From assembly GCA_009841015.1 (NCBI GenBank), contig VXMQ01000016.1, positions 1,419-65,418 of the forward strand: a stretch of DNA of 64,000 nt, read 5' to 3'. The translations under genes were made by a program, and so were the position numbers. The stretch is from Candidatus Palauibacter denitrificans. Its GTDB lineage: Bacteria > Gemmatimonadota > Gemmatimonadetes > Palauibacterales > Palauibacteraceae. The first letter of the stretch is position 1. Each line of letters begins with the position of its first letter. Shown piece after piece: positions 61,411 through 64,000 of the stretch. The notes under the pieces were generated by a model. That model was given only the letters and a program-made list of their open reading frames with translations. It was not told the DNA's origin and made no database searches.

Positions 61411-62957
61411 TGATGGACATGCCTTCGATGACAGCTTGTACGACAGATTCCACGACCGAATCGGCCCGCGTCCGACAGGTTGTATTCAGGGCGTGCGCGG
61501 TGCTCGTCGCCGCCTGGGTTGCGGCGTGCGGGGACGGGAGCACGGACCTTCCTCTGACGCACGCGCCGCGGGTCGTCGGTGCGGTTTCCGACTTCGAACT
61601 TCCGGTGGGTGAGACCGCGCTGGTGGAGGTGTCGGGCCATTTCAGCGATGCGGACGGGGACGTTCTCTCCTACGAGGTCAGGTCTTCGGCCCCCGGCGTG
61701 GTCGCGGCGGAAGTGTCGGGCGGCACCGTGCATCTGGCGGCCCTGGCGCGCGGGATGGCCACGGTGACCGTCACGGCGCGCGATCCCCAGGGCCGGGCCG
61801 CCGCCCTCCGGTTCGAGGTCACGGTTCCGAACCTGGCGCCGGTGGCGGTCGGCGCGATCCCCGATGTCGAACTTCGGGTCGGAAGTACGGAACTGCTGGC
61901 CGTGGCGGGCTTCTTCTCCGACCCGGAAGACGATGCGCTCCGGTACGAAGCCACGTCATCGCATCCGGACGTGGCCGCGACCGGCGTCTCGGCGGACACC
62001 GTCACGGTAACGGCCGTCGCGGCGGGTACGTCGACGGTGACCGTGACGGCGCGCGACGCCGGTGGCCTCACGGCCGAGCTGTCGTTCGCCGTGGAGGTCC
62101 GACCGGTCCACAGGTTCGACATCGAGGTCCGCTTCGACTCCACCGCGACCGAGCCGTGGCGGGCCTCGGTCCTCGAGGCGGCGGAACTCTGGATGTCGGT
62201 GCTGGCCGATACGGAGCTGCCGGAGGTCGAGGTTGATGACCGCATCGAATGTTACGGTGCGAACACGGCTGAACCGGTGGGGACCATCGATGACTTGATG
62301 ATTCTCGTGGAGTTCCGGGACATCGACGGTCCGGGCCGCACGCTCGCCCAGGCCGGCGTGTGCCGCCTGCGCGAGGGGTCGATGCTGCCCGTCGCGAGCG
62401 TGGCGTTCTTCGACGTGTCGGACTTCGACGGCCTCATCGACTCCGGCGACGCGACGGAACTCGCCGTTCACGAGATCGCGCATGCGCTCGGATTCGGCCT
62501 GCTGTGGCGCCCTCTCGGTCTCCTCCGGGATCCCGCCCTGGGCGTGGGAGCGATCGACGCGCACTTCGTCGGTCCCGAGGCCATCGCCGCCTTCGACGCG
62601 ACGGGCGGCACGGACTACACGGGAGGGGCGAAGGTCCCCGTCGAGAACCTGGGCGGAGCCGGGAGCGCGAACCTCCATTGGCGGGGCTCCGTCCTCCGCG
62701 GGGAACTCATGAGGCCGCTCAACCGGGTCGGATCGCGGGAGACGCTCAGCGCGATCACGATCCGCTCGCTGGCCGACCTGGGTTACACGGTCGACGCGAG
62801 CCTGGCGGAGCCGTACACGCTCCCCGGCGTCGGCGCCGCGGACGAGAAACCCGGCCGCGTGGTCGACCTGAGCGACGATGTCCTCCGTGGCCCGGTGCAG
62901 GTCGTCGATACGGAAGGCCGCGTCGTGCGCGTGCTCGGCGGGCGTTCGCCGCGCTAG
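61410..62957 (+). CDS. Lipoprotein with two Ig-like repeats and a leishmanolysin-like (M8-type HExxHxxGF) metalloprotease domain
   Basis: Lipobox WVAACG. Two repeats of about 100 aa (V..VSDFELPVGET...VTVTARD / IPDVELRVGST...VTVTARD). Zinc motif AVHEIAHALGFG. The exact ATG among 61410-61428 is uncertain. Confidence 0.7.
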   Translation: MMDMPSMTACTTDSTTESARVRQVVFRACAVLVAAWVAACGDGSTDLPLTHAPRVVGAVSDFELPVGETALVEVSGHFSDADGDVLSYEVRSSAPGVVAAEVSGGTVHLAALARGMATVTVTARDPQGRAAALRFEVTVPNLAPVAVGAIPDVELRVGSTELLAVAGFFSDPEDDALRYEATSSHPDVAATGVSADTVTVTAVAAGTSTVTVTARDAGGLTAELSFAVEVRPVHRFDIEVRFDSTATEPWRASVLEAAELWMSVLADTELPEVEVDDRIECYGANTAEPVGTIDDLMILVEFRDIDGPGRTLAQAGVCRLREGSMLPVASVAFFDVSDFDGLIDSGDATELAVHEIAHALGFGLLWRPLGLLRDPALGVGAIDAHFVGPEAIAAFDATGGTDYTGGAKVPVENLGGAGSANLHWRGSVLRGELMRPLNRVGSRETLSAITIRSLADLGYTVDASLAEPYTLPGVGAADEKPGRVVDLSDDVLRGPVQVVDTEGRVVRVLGGRSPR

Positions 62958-63021
62958 CAGCCCGTCGAAAAAGCCGGCGCCGACGCGGGGTTTCGCCACG
63001 GACTGCGGGATCGCGTTTCCG

Positions 63022-63051
63022 TTGACCGCACAAACCGTAGATTCCTATGCT
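63022..63051 (+). promoter_or_regulatory. Sigma-70-type promoter candidate for the RND adaptor gene
   Basis: TTGACC (63022-63027), 18-nt spacer, TATGCT (63046-63051). Confidence 0.45.
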
Positions 63052-63089
63052 CAAGCCGGTGCTCCTCGACCTCCATGGAGTAAAGCACG

Positions 63090-64000
63090 ATGCTGCGCAG
63101 ACTGCTGTTCGGATCCAGTCTCAGGATCATCGCCGTGATCATCGTCGGTACGATTGCGGTCGCGGCACTAATGCTCTCGCTGGCTCCCGAGCCGGAAAGT
63201 CAGGAACCGCCTCCCCAGATCCCGTTTGCGCAAACCGCCAGTGTTGTGGCCGGGTCGGGCGCGATACCCGTATTCGGATCCGGCACCGTGCGGCCAAGCG
63301 AGGAGATCGACGTCGCGCCGCAGGTGGGCGGCAAGGTCGTCTGGGTGAATCCGCGGTTCCAGAGTGGAGGGCGCGTGGAGGCGGGCCAGACGCTCTTCCG
63401 TATCGAGGAAGCGGATTACGCGTACCGCGTGCAGGAAGCGGAGGCCAACGTCGCCGCAAGCCGGGTCGCCTTCCTCCAGGAACGGGAGCAGGCAGCGATC
63501 GCCAGCGCCCAGTACGAGCTGTACTCGGAGCGGCGCGGGACGGGGGATCCGTCGTCGGGGGCAAGTCCGCTCACCCTCCGGGAGCCTCAACTGGACGCGG
63601 CCAGCGCCGCACTGAGCCGTGACGAAGCGCGCCTTGAAGAGGCGAACCTCGCACTTTCAAGAACGCGGATCACCGCGCCCTTCGATGGCTTCGTGCGCGA
63701 GGAATCCGTCGATGCAGGCCAGGTCGTGAATCCCGGACAGCCCGTCGGGCGCCTCTTCGCGTCGGCGGCGGTGGAAGTCGTCGTTCCCCTCTCCGATGCC
63801 GATGCCGCCCTGATCCCCGGGCTGTGGCGACTCGAGGCGGGCGACGGGGCGCGGGATGTGGTGGTGCGCGTGATTGCCCGGTACGGGGACGTGACGTACG
63901 CCTGGGATGGGTACGTGGATCGAGGTGAGAGTTCTGTCGACGCGCAGACCCGCACCATCGATGTGATCGTGCGCGTGCCGGATCCGTTCGAGGCCAGCGT
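63090..64000 (+). CDS. Efflux RND transporter periplasmic adaptor (MFP/HlyD family), 3' end outside the window
   Basis: Not in the ORF track because it has no stop in the window. ATG 63090 lies 9 nt after GGAG, with an in-frame TAA at 63081. N-terminal TM segment, then SGTVRPSEEIDVAPQVGGKV, RIEEADY, a coiled-coil, and LSRTRITAPFDGFV. Confidence 0.85.
   Translation, partial: MLRRLLFGSSLRIIAVIIVGTIAVAALMLSLAPEPESQEPPPQIPFAQTASVVAGSGAIPVFGSGTVRPSEEIDVAPQVGGKVVWVNPRFQSGGRVEAGQTLFRIEEADYAYRVQEAEANVAASRVAFLQEREQAAIASAQYELYSERRGTGDPSSGASPLTLREPQLDAASAALSRDEARLEEANLALSRTRITAPFDGFVREESVDAGQVVNPGQPVGRLFASAAVEVVVPLSDADAALIPGLWRLEAGDGARDVVVRVIARYGDVTYAWDGYVDRGESSVDAQTRTIDVIVRVPDPFEAS

Noticed and set aside
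1-64000. Scan for CRISPR arrays, transposases, integrases, prophage genes, rRNA and tRNA genes
   Set aside because: None recognised by eye. The only tandem repeats seen are the short ones reported (11-, 12-, 15- and 17-nt periods, 2-4 copies), which are too short and too few for CRISPR.

Overview
High-GC bacterial chromosomal window. Hand counts of single 100-nt samples give about 70% G+C in typical genes. It opens in the replication-origin neighbourhood: the 3' end of dnaA, a 282-nt spacer, then dnaN. About 55 protein-coding genes can be supported. They are tightly packed and often translationally coupled through ATGA/GTGA overlaps. Most long ORFs on the opposite strand of these genes are GC-driven artefacts. 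Content is mainly housekeeping: dnaN, mutY, dapF, gcvH-gcvP with a lipoate ligase, polA, priA, trpF, queF, tatA, a cold-shock protein and a sigma-70 factor. Mixed in are envelope, periplasmic and transport functions: ExbB-like channel, Slt-like transglycosylase, TolC-like protein, RND adaptor, NSS and DAACS transporters, Skp, serine hydrolases and a D-aminoacylase. The gene repertoire (CarboxypepD_reg/plug protein, spondin_N lipoprotein) hints at a Gemmatimonadota-like Gram-negative, but this is unverified. No rRNA, tRNA, CRISPR array, transposase or integrase was recognised by eye. Candidates most worth a second look: (1) a Tat-exported xanthine-oxidase-family dehydrogenase operon wired to an FdnI-like cytochrome b plus a coupled 128-aa unknown; (2) an HD hydrolase followed by a coupled radical-SAM / Cys-motif metallophosphoesterase pair; (3) a low-GC Fic island with four 12-bp tandem repeats in its leader, next to a leishmanolysin-like lipoprotein; (4) an orphan terminator and structured RNA directly upstream of dapF; (5) a lipoprotein built from Cys-pair repeats with a His/Met-rich insert; (6) two conserved genes (HDAC-like, trpF) that can only start at CTG; (7) an NSS transporter fused in frame to a decayed amidohydrolase. 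All functional calls rest on motif recognition by eye; no database search was possible.
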